NCBI GenBank assembly: GCA_003427395.1
Contig: BFEA01000010.1
Span: forward strand, 4,029,169 to 4,093,168
Direction: 5' to 3'
From: Chara braunii
Taxonomy: Eukaryota; Plantae; Charophyceae
Length of the DNA: 64,000 nucleotides
A model generated the notes under the pieces. The model saw nothing but the letters and a program-made list of their open reading frames with translations, did not search any database and was not told the DNA's origin. Shown piece by piece: positions 25,959-38,369 of this stretch (within the stretch, counting starts at the first letter, position 1; every line of letters begins with the position of its first letter). The translations under genes and the position numbers were made by a program.

Positions 25959-26028
25959 TGGTCTCATCCGGACTCGAACTCAGGTCCGTATTTCAACAGT
26001 TCAAGCGTGTACCAACCGAGCTGGCCCG
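25959..26028 (-). pseudogene. tRNA-derived sequence (A and B boxes), copy A, ending CCA
   Basis: AGCTCGGTTGG ... GTTCGAGTCC ... GAGACCA; part of a ~260-bp-period tandem duplication (25651-25871 / 25911-26131). Confidence 0.65.
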
Positions 26029-27181
26029 TTGGTACCATGCGCGGTCACAGTTACAGCACCGGTACCGCGGCCCCAAGGAATGGAACTCAAGATTAAAAAA
26101 GTAATAATCGTAATAATAAATAAAAAGAAAGGGGACAGTCCGTACACCTTTGTCCCACCGGTTGTTCCCAAACCTTGGGCCGTCGACAAAACCAAAGGGA
26201 ATAGCCTTGTCAGAACCTTAACCTCTTGGTTTCTTTAAATTGCACCACTATACTCCCTCGTTGTTGGATGTCGGCCTCGATCCCCAAACTTGATGCATGA
26301 TAATCCAACACCTTAACCAAGTGTACTAAGCTTAAGGCTAAGATTAGTATGAGGACAGATGTTTATAAATGGGTGTTGTGCGGCACGTGTGCCTATCGAA
26401 ACACTCCAAGGCCAAACCTTAGCCTTCTGGCTAGACTTCCGCTCGTCGCTTCCCCATGCTTGCCACACGAAGGGGCAAGCTCTACTCATAGCCACTGCAC
26501 ATATCGCCCATCATACCGAGGTGTTGCTGCAAATAAGTCTACCCTACAAGTGGCCACAAAACCGCATCCCCGAGGCCCAAATTTACTGTGCGGTACGCGG
26601 GTTCTAACATCGTCTTAAATAAAAACCCAAATAGTCACTTTGAAATTGAGGCACGATAGTTAGACTCGGTGTAGACCATAGTAAAGCCGCCTCTGTGCGC
26701 GCGAACGTGCCACCGTCAAACGTAGTGGCTAACAAAAAAAAACATTTGGTCCTAATTTAATTAAAAAAATAAAAAGAATTGATCGGCGATTGTGCCGCCA
26801 TGGTAATCTCAAAATAAGAAATGAATCACTAGCGTATCAAAACTGAGCGCCCACACACCCCTTCTGAACACATACTTGATCTCAAAAAGAAAATTTGTCG
26901 CGACTCGCACGACGCACCCAATTTTTCCACCCAACTTTCAACTCAACCCTCATTTTTGTCACTTGCAAAAACGAGGGCGGATACCCTTGTAAGGGTATTC
27001 ACGCTTACAGTGTAATAGCAGCGTGGCGTAATGACTTAACAATCATGCAACAAAAGGGACACAACCAAAACAGCGGTCATAATTCTATCAGCAAGCGACA
27101 CAACAATGGCCCTGTTCGTGACAACGTACAGGAACACAACACCGTTTTGGATTAATCCACTAGCTGCACCTCATAGAACTT

Positions 27182-27418
27182 CCATGTTGTCAAAATGGAC
27201 ATCTTTTATTTTTTGAACGAAATTGAAACCGAGTTTTTTGGCCGAAAACTCCTCAAAATTTGTTGTTCCTGACGGTGGACCCCCTGCTTGTGCATGGACC
27301 TAGCTTGAGACCAAGCACCTCGCACCCTCAGGAACAACAAATTTTGACGAGTTTTCGACCAAAAAACTCAGTTTCAATTTTGTTCAAAAAATAAAAAATG
27401 TCAATTTTGACGAAATGG
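27182..27418. mobile_element. Foldback / MITE-like element with ~95-bp inverted arms
   Basis: 27182-27277 is a near-perfect reverse complement of 27323-27418, around a ~45-bp spacer. TSD not resolved. Confidence 0.75.
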
Positions 27419-28285
27419 TCGTTATAGCTTTAATTCTCATGTAAACAGTGGTTGGCCTAAGGTAGCATCAACATGCGTAACATGGAATATTTGTTCGGTC
27501 TGAGATAAGATTAACTTTGTAGTAAAGCATGTAGTAATTATCAGTCCGGTCTACAATAGCAGCGTTCTCGTTCGGTGATCATGACTCCCGATTGTCTCAA
27601 GTTGCCCCAAATGAAACAAAGCAACACAGTCACATACGCAAGGAGTCAAATATTGGTGCCAGAACTTTATTCCTTATCCACTCGTTCAACCGAGGCAACC
27701 CCCAGGCGGAGCACATACATAATCAAGACAACGCTCGTGACGAGTGAGGGCATGCTACTATTGCACCCGCTGCACTACTTCTCAAATGTGCAAAATGAGA
27801 GTGAATCTTTCATCAATTATAGGACGATGCACTCTCCAATTTTCCACGCTATTGCGCCGGCCTCCACCTGTAAACTGAGGAAGGATCTTCCCCTAAACCC
27901 AGAGGAGATACACTGCTACCAATCACTTAGTACCCCCCCCTCTTTGGCCCGTACCTATCTCACTGCTAAGCCCGTTGTCCGTACTTCGATCCCGACAAGG
28001 ACGACCTGCAGAAGGAGCAAGTGAACGGGGAAGGCGACCTCTTGAATGAGATGAGTATAAGGATGGGGAAAAACACCACGCTCAACACGTTGTCGGACCA
28101 AATACCCTTACAAGGGTATTTGACCATGCTTTTGCAATTGACACAGCAATAACATCAGTTACCATGACGGGGCCGGTCTGAAATGAAAAGGGTGTGTGCG
28201 CTTTAGTGTGACACTTTAAACGATTTCCTTAGCTATTGAGGCCAAGGCAAATCAGTGAGAAAATTTCGAGAGTATGAGCACGCGT

Positions 28286-30020
28286 TGTTATAACGCTCGC
28301 CGTGATGGTTAGGATCGGTAGCAATACCCTCCGACCGAAAGGGTCGAGGGGTTGATTGGGTTAGTGCTATGTCGGGTAGATCTAGTACAACACACACTGA
28401 GACTTAATCATTGGTACGTTAGTCAGGATAAATGAATATACGTCCCGATCGTACGATTGAGGCGATTATAAATGTGTGATCGGCGGGATTGCAATGGCAC
28501 CCGGAATGCTAAACGCTTGCCCGAGTGGCATGTCGTGCAATCTTGTATTTCGCAACCTGAGGCTGAAACTACCGCTTGACCTCCCTTGTGAAGAAAGGGA
28601 TTTGCCTCTTGGGCGGTGACATCCTGACCGCTCGCCAGGTCCAAGCAACATGTGCCATCATTCCTTTCGAAGGGAAATATCATTACAGACTGTGATATCG
28701 CTCGCATAGGCCTTAGACTCAGGCTACTTGAACTAGTATCCGCCTACCTACCGGTACTGGGCCTCTAAAAATGCCAACTTTTGTCTTTTTTTGCTCAGCC
28801 TCAAGTACCAGATACATCTACCTCTACTGAATGCGGTACCGACCTACCCGCCACTTGAGTATTTTTCCCGTCGCAACCCTCAATGTCACGGCCACAGGTA
28901 AGTACTGGCCCTTCGGGCCTTCCGATCAACCAAGTGTCCGTGCGGGTCACACACACACTCAAGCCAACAAGCACTCAGACATGGCACCCAGGCCGGCAAC
29001 CGTGCACACACATAGACTTAGAATTGGGTTTGGTCCACTAGGCGGACCGAGACCCATTCATGTACTTATACCTGAACTGCTTCTGCCTTACTTGAAGCAG
29101 GAGCTAGCCCAGTAGGTTTCGGTATGGATTGACAAGCAATAGACTTGAGGATCGAGTCCACTAGCCTGTGGGCGAGCTCCTTTTTGACAAGGAAGCTCGG
29201 CTACAGCCTACTGGAGTCTTGTGTTGACCCTGCGGATGGCTAGCGGGGGTTTGAACCAACGACCTCGGTGTTAGGGTTAGTTATAGATAGTTGGTCTGTC
29301 CGACACTGAGCATGAATGGGTAGTTAGTTGTTAGATTTGTTTCTCTATTCATTTGTTTTCCGTTGTTAGTTGAATTTGTTTATTTTATTTTATTTTATTT
29401 ATTATTTTGTATTTCTTGTCTTTTCACTAATCCCGTAGCTACTGCAAGTCTCCAAAGATTCACTTTAGTGAATCTGCGTTGGAGAATCAAGCAGATTCGG
29501 TTTGACGCGATCTGCTCGACTCCAGACACAGCAACCCGAGACTTTGGTCCGCGTGCTCAGGCTGAGTGCTCGACGGGCAAACACAACGAGTGCGTAGCAG
29601 CACGTGGGTGGAGGACGCACAGAGAAGCGGGAGGAGCGCTTCGGAGAAAAGCAGGAAGGCGGAGTTGCGCAGGGTGTAGTGGAGATGGCCGCGAGGAGAA
29701 GGGTGGAACGCGCGGGGAAGGTGGTAGGAGAAGTAGTGGGAGAAGCAGTGGTAGAGACAGAAGAAGGAGAAGAAGAAGAAGGAGAGGAGGAGAGGAGAAG
29801 GGAGGAGGGATAGAGGCGACTTACCTTCTCATTTGCAGTCGATGATAGCGACGATCCGGGCGTGGATTTTTGGATCTTGTATCTTCGTTACGAGAGACTC
29901 TCTGCAACGTGCTTTTGGTGGTTCCCCTGGTTGCGGAGGTATAGTGTTGACGACGACGACGACGAGGGAGCGAGAGAGAGGAACAACTAAGTCTTCAATC
30001 ACATGACTCACCTCATAATA
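28286..30020 (+). mobile_element. Solo-LTR-like copy related to 5990-7170
   Basis: Starts TGTTAT with possible end ATAATA; ~1.1 kb colinear homology to 5990-7100. No matching TSD, so the ends are tentative. Confidence 0.6.
29099..29185 (+). ncRNA. Putative Pol III small RNA, second copy
   Basis: A box TAGCCCAGTAGG; B box GGATCGAGTCC (29149-29159); terminal stem AGGAGCTAGCCCA/TGGGCGAGCTCCT; T5 terminator. Confidence 0.55.
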
Positions 30021-30592
30021 TTCTTATCAATAGGACAACAAAATTGTAATGAATCTACAAATACAACGAAAAAATCTACTCTACTACGTTCGTGCATGTG
30101 TGTATGAGTGTGCACGTATCTGTATATGTGTGTACTTATGAGTGTGTGTGAGTGCGCACACGTCTGTGTATGTGTGTATGTGTGTGTGTGTATGCGTATG
30201 TGTGAGTGTGCTCTGATCGAGCGGTTGGTATCGTGGTACTTCTATCGAGTAGGACAAGCAAAATCAAATGTATCTACCGCGAGATGATGGAAGTGTACAC
30301 TACTGTATATGCATGTGTGTATGTGTGCGAGTACCAATCGTGCAACGGACGACTTGGCTACTTTATCTATAGGATGAGCAAAATCAGAGGAATCTACAGC
30401 TACAACAATGACATATACTACACGTGTGAGGATGTACGTATGTGTGTGTGTGAGAGAGAGAGTGTGTACGATTATTTGTGTGTGTGTGTGTATGCACCAA
30501 TCACACAGCTCATCCTCCGCTACTTCCATCGAGAAGATGAACGAAATTGAATGAATCTATCCGTATAGCATGAAAATCTACACTGCCACACT

Positions 30593-30630
<38 letters not shown>

Positions 30631-30870
30631 TGTGTGTGTGTGTGTGTGCGTGGGTGTGATTGTGCATGTGTGTGTATGTGTGTGTGTATGTGTGTGTGTA
30701 CGATTGTATGTGTGTGTGAGTGGCCTCACATGTATTGTCATATCTGCTATACACAACTCCACAAAGAAAAGCATGACTATGTCACGTTGTTTCGTCGCAC
30801 CTTCACCGACTGTGTGTGTGGGTGTGCGCGTGTATGTGTATGTGTAGGAGTGAGAGAAAGAGAGAGTAGG
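30020..30870 (+). repeat. Cluster of diverged ~70-bp motif copies alternating with (GT)n
   Basis: TACTTCCATCGA.AGGATGAGCAAAAT..AATGAATCTA...ACACT.C.AC-like units at ~30020, 30238, 30358 and 30520; also at 55910. Confidence 0.7.
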
Positions 30871-33194
30871 TAGGACTCATGAAGGAACGTGAAGAGGAAG
30901 AAGAAGAAAAAAAAAAAAAAAAAAAAAGGAAGGATGAAGAAGAAGGCGAAGAAGAAGAAGAAGAAGAAGAAGAAGAAGAAGAAGAAGAAGAAGAAAGGAT
31001 GAAAAAGAAATAGGAGAAAAGGAAGAAGAATAAGAACAAGAACAAGAACAAGAAGGAGGAGGAAGAGAAGGAGAAGGGGGAATAGAAGGAGAAGATGCAG
31101 AGATTGACGCGCGAGAGAAAATGGGAGATGGGCAAGCGGACAGAGGAAACAACGGTCTGGGGGTTAGCAAAGGTAAGCACTCGAGAGGGAAGCAAAGAGC
31201 AGGAAGAGAGACGGACGTGCAGAGAAGGTTGGAGAAAAGCGGCAAAGGCAAGCTTACCTTGGTCGTGTTGGTCTTGTCCGTTGGCGGCTAGTCGTGTTGT
31301 TTGTCAAGCCATGATCCTGTTTCTTGTTACTGAGAGCGTCCACTCTCCCGTCGTAAACAATAGAATAGGGTAGTGTGCTCCACTTGGCTAATGGAGCACA
31401 TGAATGTGTGTGTGTGTGTGTGTGTACGTGCATATATGTACGTGAGCATGTGTTTGTGTATGTGTGTGTTTGTGAGTGTCTGTGTGTGTGTGAGAGAGAG
31501 AAAGAGAGAGAGTGATGGATCACCCCCCCCAACCGTCGATTGTTTGAGGGAACTGAATGATCGACAATAATGGAAGGGTTGAGGGCAACTCATTCGTTCG
31601 TGGAAATCAGTGGTCACTCATTCATATTGAACGGGGTCAGTGAGTTCGTGTGAGGCGCGTGAAGTTGTCAAGCCTATCATCAGGATTCTGTCAGGGATTG
31701 TAAGAAAGTGATTGTCCTTAGGTTTGTTGTATGGATGGTCGGTCGGGATTAATCGCACCTGAGTACGTCCATTCTTTCTATTGCGAATTGTTGAGACATC
31801 TTGTGTATCTATATGATTGTATCAATATTCCAGCTCAGGGTTTGATTAGCAACAATTGCATGTGTGTACGATTCAGCGACATGCACTGGGTATCTAAGCT
31901 CGTTTTTTGGAACCTACTAAACGTGTGATTGGTCTCGATGGTTTTCGAGAATACGGTGGAGAGCATTTTAGGCGGACTTGCGGTCGATCGCCGGAGAGTA
32001 TTTTAGGTGGCTCAATAGGAGGAGAGTATATTTTGGGGGGTGTCCATGAAATCGTTGTGAGTGAGAGTGTAACTAGTGTATTGCCCTCATAATTCTGTGC
32101 TTGGCTTCTTTTTGGAGAAGACGGGAAATGTGTGTCTGAAATTCAAAGGTTGTCACAATTATGATGTATCTGGACACTTGTGTGCATTCCGCATTCACGT
32201 ATCCAGAAGTTTTGTTTGGCTGTCACGGACTGTCGACCCGGAACACAACGCGCCCTCTATATGACTGCACCGGACAAGAAAGATAGCCTGTATACATTAA
32301 TTTTTATTGTAATTGTCGTTATTATTATTCTTATCCTTATTCTTATATTATTATTATTAAAATTACTATTATTATTATTATTATTATTACTACCGTACTT
32401 TAATCGTGGCTAGGAATACGATTTTGTACAATTAGAAAGTCGAAAAGGAGAGATAGGGGCAAAGATGCGTAAAGAAGTGGAAGAACCAGGGGCGGCGTGG
32501 AAAACAGATGCTTGCTGAAAGGGAAGAAGATGAGGGTGCATTTGTTTCCACGTTGTGGGGCAAAGATGCATAAAGAAGTGGAGTAGAGGGATGAAAGTGA
32601 CCTACCTAATTGGTGTGTCTGCGTCATCCACGATCAGAGAGAGAAAGAGAGGGTAGGATAAGAGGAGGAAACGAAGGAAATAGCAAGATTAATACTTACC
32701 TGTTAGCTGCGCATGCACCAAATCACGATTGTTGAAGGCTGAAGGTGAGCATGTTTGTATATTTGTGTGTCTGTGTGTGTGTAAGGGAAGGTGAAAGAAC
32801 ATACCTGAAGTATGTTGGTCGTCATCATTTGATGATGATGTCACGTAGATTGGTCTCGAACTTCGATGTGATCCAGTTGCATAAATAAAGATAAATGTGG
32901 ATGGGTTTAGTCAGTAGGAGCGACGTTAGATATTTTGTTGGTGTGGCCAGAGAGCGTCGACATTGATATTTGGAGTCATTGTACATCTCTTATTTGGATG
33001 GTATCTTGGTGAATCGAGTTTTTTGCTCGGCACATAACTATCCGAGCGACTTCGTGATTTTGGAACTTCGGTTTTTGTCTATCGCCCTCGCTCATATTTC
33101 CGACATTATTGCATCTCCAATGAATCTGACCCACTATACCTGGCAGATTCATGTAATGATAGTCGAATTACTGTAGCATTGATGATCACCCCGT

Positions 33195-36100
33195 TGTCGT
33201 GCGCGGCAGTCCCGCGCCCTGAAGGGGAGCGTTGAACCTCACGGTCGTGTCACGCAGGATGTTTTGTCTGAAAAGAATCCGTCACCACTCCGACCGTGCG
33301 CGTGTGCTATACCTCTCACGACGCCCTGCGACAGGTCGGGACGTCGCGAGGTACAACTTCCCTCTACCCAAGGGGCTTTCACCACCTTTAGGTAGGCGTA
33401 TCCCTGCTGAGCTACCGACCCACGTGCGAAGGCTTTTACATGCCAACGTAGAGGTAGGTCGGTCGAGGGTGTTTGCTCGATTGTTGTAGCACAAAATAGG
33501 TTACGCGAGGTAAGACGCCTACAACCGACCCGTTAGATATCCAGGTCGAACTTTCAGACGTTTGTCTATTCCCGCTTCTACTTCCAAAACATATTATTCT
33601 ACTAGCCACTATGATCAAAGTATCAATCAAACCATATCACTACCAAGGACATTCTATTCTACTTGACATATGACTGAACATCAGATTGTATAGAAGTTAT
33701 ATAGGACTGATAATGAATATAGAGGTGTTACCGCTGAGAACCCTTTCGACTTTCACAAGTGCTATGTGTCCAAGACTCTTCAACAGATCAGGTACAGTTC
33801 AATCCCCAAAACACGCACAAAACAGACATGCACAAAACATGCAAGGACAGTTCACATGCCATGCACTAATGGTGTCAACCATCAATCCACACCTCAGACG
33901 TTGTCCCTCACGTCCCAAACCATGTATGACAGCTCTATCTTTCCTTAGATGTAAGTCAACCCCCGTACATTTCTTCAAAGGACCCTTGAGAGTGACCAGA
34001 ACCATTTAGGCAATGACCACAGGTGACAGTTTAAGTTGAATCGGCAACGACCGACCTATTATCGAGAGATAACAGAAAATTGACCCCTTTATGTAGGACT
34101 TCTCCTTCAATTGCAGTAGATTAAAACAGAGACCTGCACACACACAGGTCAACAAAGATTCAACACCCCCACTTGATTTCCCACTTATTGATATCTAAGG
34201 GTCAAACCCTTAAATCTGGTCTGTGAGCTTTGGGATCAACAACCCAAAGTCTACTAACCGCTTAGCTTCTACCTACCCTATGTCGTCTGTCACTCTTCCT
34301 CATTTTGTTCAAGGAGTCTCTTGTCTATGTCCTAAGTTGTCTTAGGAAACTCCTATTTCCTCTACTATCCGTCCTCGCATTTTCTCTCTTGTAGATAAGC
34401 ACTCCCTTTGGTGCTTACGCGGTAATCTAGCTGAGATCAACTCATGTCATTGGCGGTTTCTCCCTTAGGAGTCTTTTAATGAACTGAGTCTACGAGGAGC
34501 TTCTTCTTTTCTAATTCTTTTTCCCCGCGGTACTTGCCCTTTTATTCGGCTACTTTTAGGACACCTGGAGTCACTCCCACTTAAGCACTCTTTTGTCCTT
34601 TCTCTTCTTCTTGTCCTGACATACGCAAGTAGCGGGTTGACTCACCCGGGAATCTTCCACTTCTTGATCAATTCCAGACAGTCGATTAGTCAAAGAAGTA
34701 GTCGAATAGCCCCACGGGAGCACTCAACCATTCTTCAAAGTCCATACAGTCATTATGCAATCAATTATCTCACACAATCTTATACGGGTGACCGGATAAC
34801 TCATATGAAAGTATCCTTTTATTAGTTAAGCAGGTAGTTCGGAGGTCCTGGTCGAACCATCTCAACACTTGACTCAACTTTCAGAAAAACACTCCAGATC
34901 TAGGTGTCAGTACGGAATTCAAGTTAGTAATAGGCGGTCTTCACAGAAGCCTCTTATTACTCCTTGATTAAAACCCAGCCTATCCTCAAAAGGTGTAATA
35001 AGATGACCTCACGGAAGTCACCCTACTACTTCCTCAGAGTCGAACGAGCTAGGATTATGTTAACGACCTCAGGCAAACACCAGATCCTCCCTTTGCTGGA
35101 GTATCTTATTAGACTTGTTAAGATAGAGTCAAGCAAGCAATAGGATGACCCTACGGGAGCCTCCCATTTCCTGCTTCAACGTTAAATAAATAGGTCTTTA
35201 ACATTTAGTCATACCCTCCATCAGTCATAGCCAAACAAGTAGTAGGATTACTCACCCTGGAGTCTCCCTCTACTGTCTAAAGACAATCACCTCATTCCTT
35301 TCCCCCGTTAGTTGATCCCCAGATCAAACAAGTATTATGATAACCCTCCCGGGAGTCACCCTACTACCAGTTTGATGTGTAGGAGATCAGTGGAAATGAC
35401 TCTTAGTTGAGTTGTCCTGATCGTTTATCTATCTTAACTATGTATTGTAAATGAGCAAAAGGTATGTCCACTCACACGGAAAGTCGGACAGATCATTCTA
35501 GACTTAGGAGTTTGTGTACTCACTAGGCGAGTACTTGATTCCTTTCAGAGTCTGGTCGGATCTGTGATAGGAGAGCCCCACGGGAGTCTCCTACTACCTT
35601 TGCTTTTATTAGTCGTTGAAGATATGTACCCCACGGGAGTACCGGATTAGTTCTTAGATCTAACCTGTAAGGTAATAAGAAAACTGCACGACAGCTTCCC
35701 GTTACCAACGTCGAATTCAGATAGGTACCCCTGCCAAACGTCAATTAGTCAGGAGGATGGCAGGGTAATTCGCACGACGAGTATCCTATCATCTGCCTTG
35801 GTCGTTCCATGCAGGCAGCGTGACCCCGTGGGGGCCTCCATCACATTGTCTTTGCTTCTTCAAAACCAAGCATACTAGGTTCCTTCTCGGTTCTTCCTAG
35901 GTTTCTTCCTTCCTTCAGGGAAGATTCTTACTTCAATCATATAATTCTTTCTCTTTTGATACGCTTAATTCTGAAGAAAACACGACCAATAGATCATGTA
36001 GTCATACATGCAATCCAATAGATGGTTGTAGCCTATAAGGGTATATGGAAAAGGAGTGAGTCATGCGTACCTTATGGTTCACTGCCTCCAGAGTTTCTCC

Positions 36101-36230
36101 TGAACTCCGGCAGAGCTCCCACAATCGCCCTGTTTTGTCTCTGTTTACTTGGTCACCTTTTTTCCACAGAGTAGACTTTCTCAATTTAGAGAGGTCATAC
36201 TATTTTGGATAGTTTGAGAAAACATAGGGA
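33195..36230 (-). mobile_element. Probable 3' part of an LTR retrotransposon (integrase-tail-like remnant, long UTR, LTR-like end)
   Basis: Terminus TGTCGTG at 33195; weak integrase C-terminal-like peptide (LWELCRSSGETLEAVNHKVR) at 36002-36184. Largely inferential. Confidence 0.35.
34560..35840. repeat. Dispersed array of ~10 related hairpin motifs, consensus GTAGTAGGATGACCC-YACG-GGAGTCACCCTACTAC
   Basis: Copies at ~34561, 34637, 34705, 34933, 35002, 35143, 35245, 35339, 35570, 35625 and 35819, with unique spacers. Confidence 0.75.
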
Positions 36231-36249
36231 ACTGAGGGGATCAGATCAC

Positions 36250-36520
36250 GGGAGAATGGAGAAGGATGGAGGAGGTAGGCTCCGACACACGGTGACGATG
36301 TCCTTTCTCCTCTCCAACGCCCCACACCTCTTCCAATCTGACCTTCCCAGCCACCTTTGTTGTCAATCAACAAGGAACAGTAATCATAGTAATATATTTG
36401 GACAGGTGTGGAGAAAAGGTGAACGAGGGGATTAGATTAAGGGAGAATGAAGAAGGATGGAGGAGGCAGGCTCCGTCACACGGTGACGATGTCTCCCTTC
36501 TCCCCAATGCCCCGCATTCT
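36250..36520. repeat. Two copies of an ~80-bp unit, 190 bp apart
   Basis: GGGAGAATGRAGAAGGATGGAGGAGGYAGGCTCCGWCACACGGTGACGATGTC at ~36250 and ~36441. Confidence 0.8.
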
Positions 36521-36574
36521 CCTCCTCTCTGACCCTTGCTTATTTCTTGATGTTTCAATAGTGAAACAATAACC

Positions 36575-36616
<42 letters not shown>

Positions 36617-37259
36617 ATTATTATTATTATCGGTAACACCCTGTCAAATATTTTGAATAACTTTTCAATGAGCAAGCAATCAAAGAAAAGGGGAAAAAAT
36701 ATCTTATCGATGTACCACTTGTCAGAAATCTTCCTCCATTTCCACTTCCTTCTACCCTTTTGCTTTAATCTCACAGTCCTGGGTATAGTCTCCCTCTCGC
36801 TGCTCTGCACGCCTGCTTTTTAGAACCATGTGTGAGTATGCTTGTTACCTAGCTTGCCTGCAAGACTGTGCGGGCGCATGCTTGCTGCCCTGCATACCCA
36901 GCCGTTGCCCGGTAATGGCCCACTGTTCGGCTGCGGCACACGCCACTCTGCTCCTGCGAGAGAGTGTGGTGTCAATGTTGCTTTCTCTACGGTCAGCTGC
37001 CATTCTGTGATATGTCAGCCTCATGCAGCACGTGCCCAAGGTGCAACTACCCACGTCCCGGGGCCAGCTGCCTAATGCAACTGCCTCCTTTGGAAGGACC
37101 CTGGGTGAGGCTCAGACTGCACTTCACCTGCAACGACTGTCTGGTGCATACGTCGGAAAGGTTGAGGTAACTTACGGTAAGTATCCCTTATGGATATTCA
37201 TGTCCGCCTTTACTTAGGGCGGGCACGTGGCTTGTTCGGATCACAAGCTACTGAAGCAA

Positions 37260-38314
37260 TGAGCAATAATAATAATAATGATAGTAATAAATAATAACGA
37301 TAATAGTGATAATAATAGTGATAATAACGACAATGCAAGGAAGTGGGCAGCCCTATTTAGTCCAGTCAACAGTACACAGTCTCAGTCGTCCCTTCATCAA
37401 ACCCGTAAGTACCACGCAGGACTGCGTCCATCCCGGTTTCTCTATCGCAGCCTGTCCGGTTGTCGGTGTTTGTCTGTCTGTTTTGTCTTGTCTGATTGCC
37501 TGTGTCTGTTTGAATGTTTGTCTGTTTTTTCTTACTCTACTTCAGTGTACAGTACCTCTGCGCGCTCGGACCCTTAACCTGTCTCTCAAAAGTCAAATGC
37601 CCGTTTGTCACTGGTCCGTGTAGCCTTCGGGTCTCGAATCGTAGGTCTGTCTCGTAGGGGTCAAGGTCATAGTTGTTACAGACCCGGAAGGTCAAGGTTG
37701 CAGTTGCTACCGTGATCGAAGCAGACCACAGGCCAGTGGGCAAGTGGTACGGTCCACCTAAGTTGAGTCAGCGGTGCCCAGTCCCAGTCTGACTTATCTC
37801 AGACCGCAAGTACTACGTGGGACTGTATATACTCAGGGTCGGTGGAGACGAGGCAAACCAGCAGCGAACAGAAATATAGGTCTAGAGGCCGCGTCCAGCC
37901 ATTCATTCATTTGCTGCGTGAGCCACGCGGAAGCGCTGTCTAAGTGTCATGTGCGAAGAGGTCTGCAGTTGTCCGAAACCGAAGTGGTTGAAGAGGCTGC
38001 GCAGCCATAGCCAGCAGGGTTGAGCGGCCATGGTCGAGTCAGCGTGCGGGCGAGTGTATATGAGTCAACGTGCAAGCGTGTTGGATATCGAAGATGAATC
38101 AGTTACGTGAGTGTGAGCAAGCAAAGCAAGGCTTAGTGACAAACAGAGAGTTGTACAGGTACTAAGTGCCATAGCCTTTTGAAGTGAGCTTGTATTTGGA
38201 CTGTGTTCTTGGTCGACGTATCATTGAGTCTTTCGAGCTGTCGCTTCTGGCAGGTGTGGTATGCCATCTGTTTAAATGCGTGTGAAGTAAGAAAGAAGTC
38301 GAGTTTGGTTGCCA

Positions 38315-38369
<55 letters not shown>

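Noticed and set aside
25698-26028. Functional tRNA-Asn genes
   Set aside because: Acceptor and anticodon stems do not pair; only the A and B boxes are retained.
31200-33180. Host-gene exons suggested by scattered CTTACC donor-like sites
   Set aside because: No consistent reading frame or recognisable protein.
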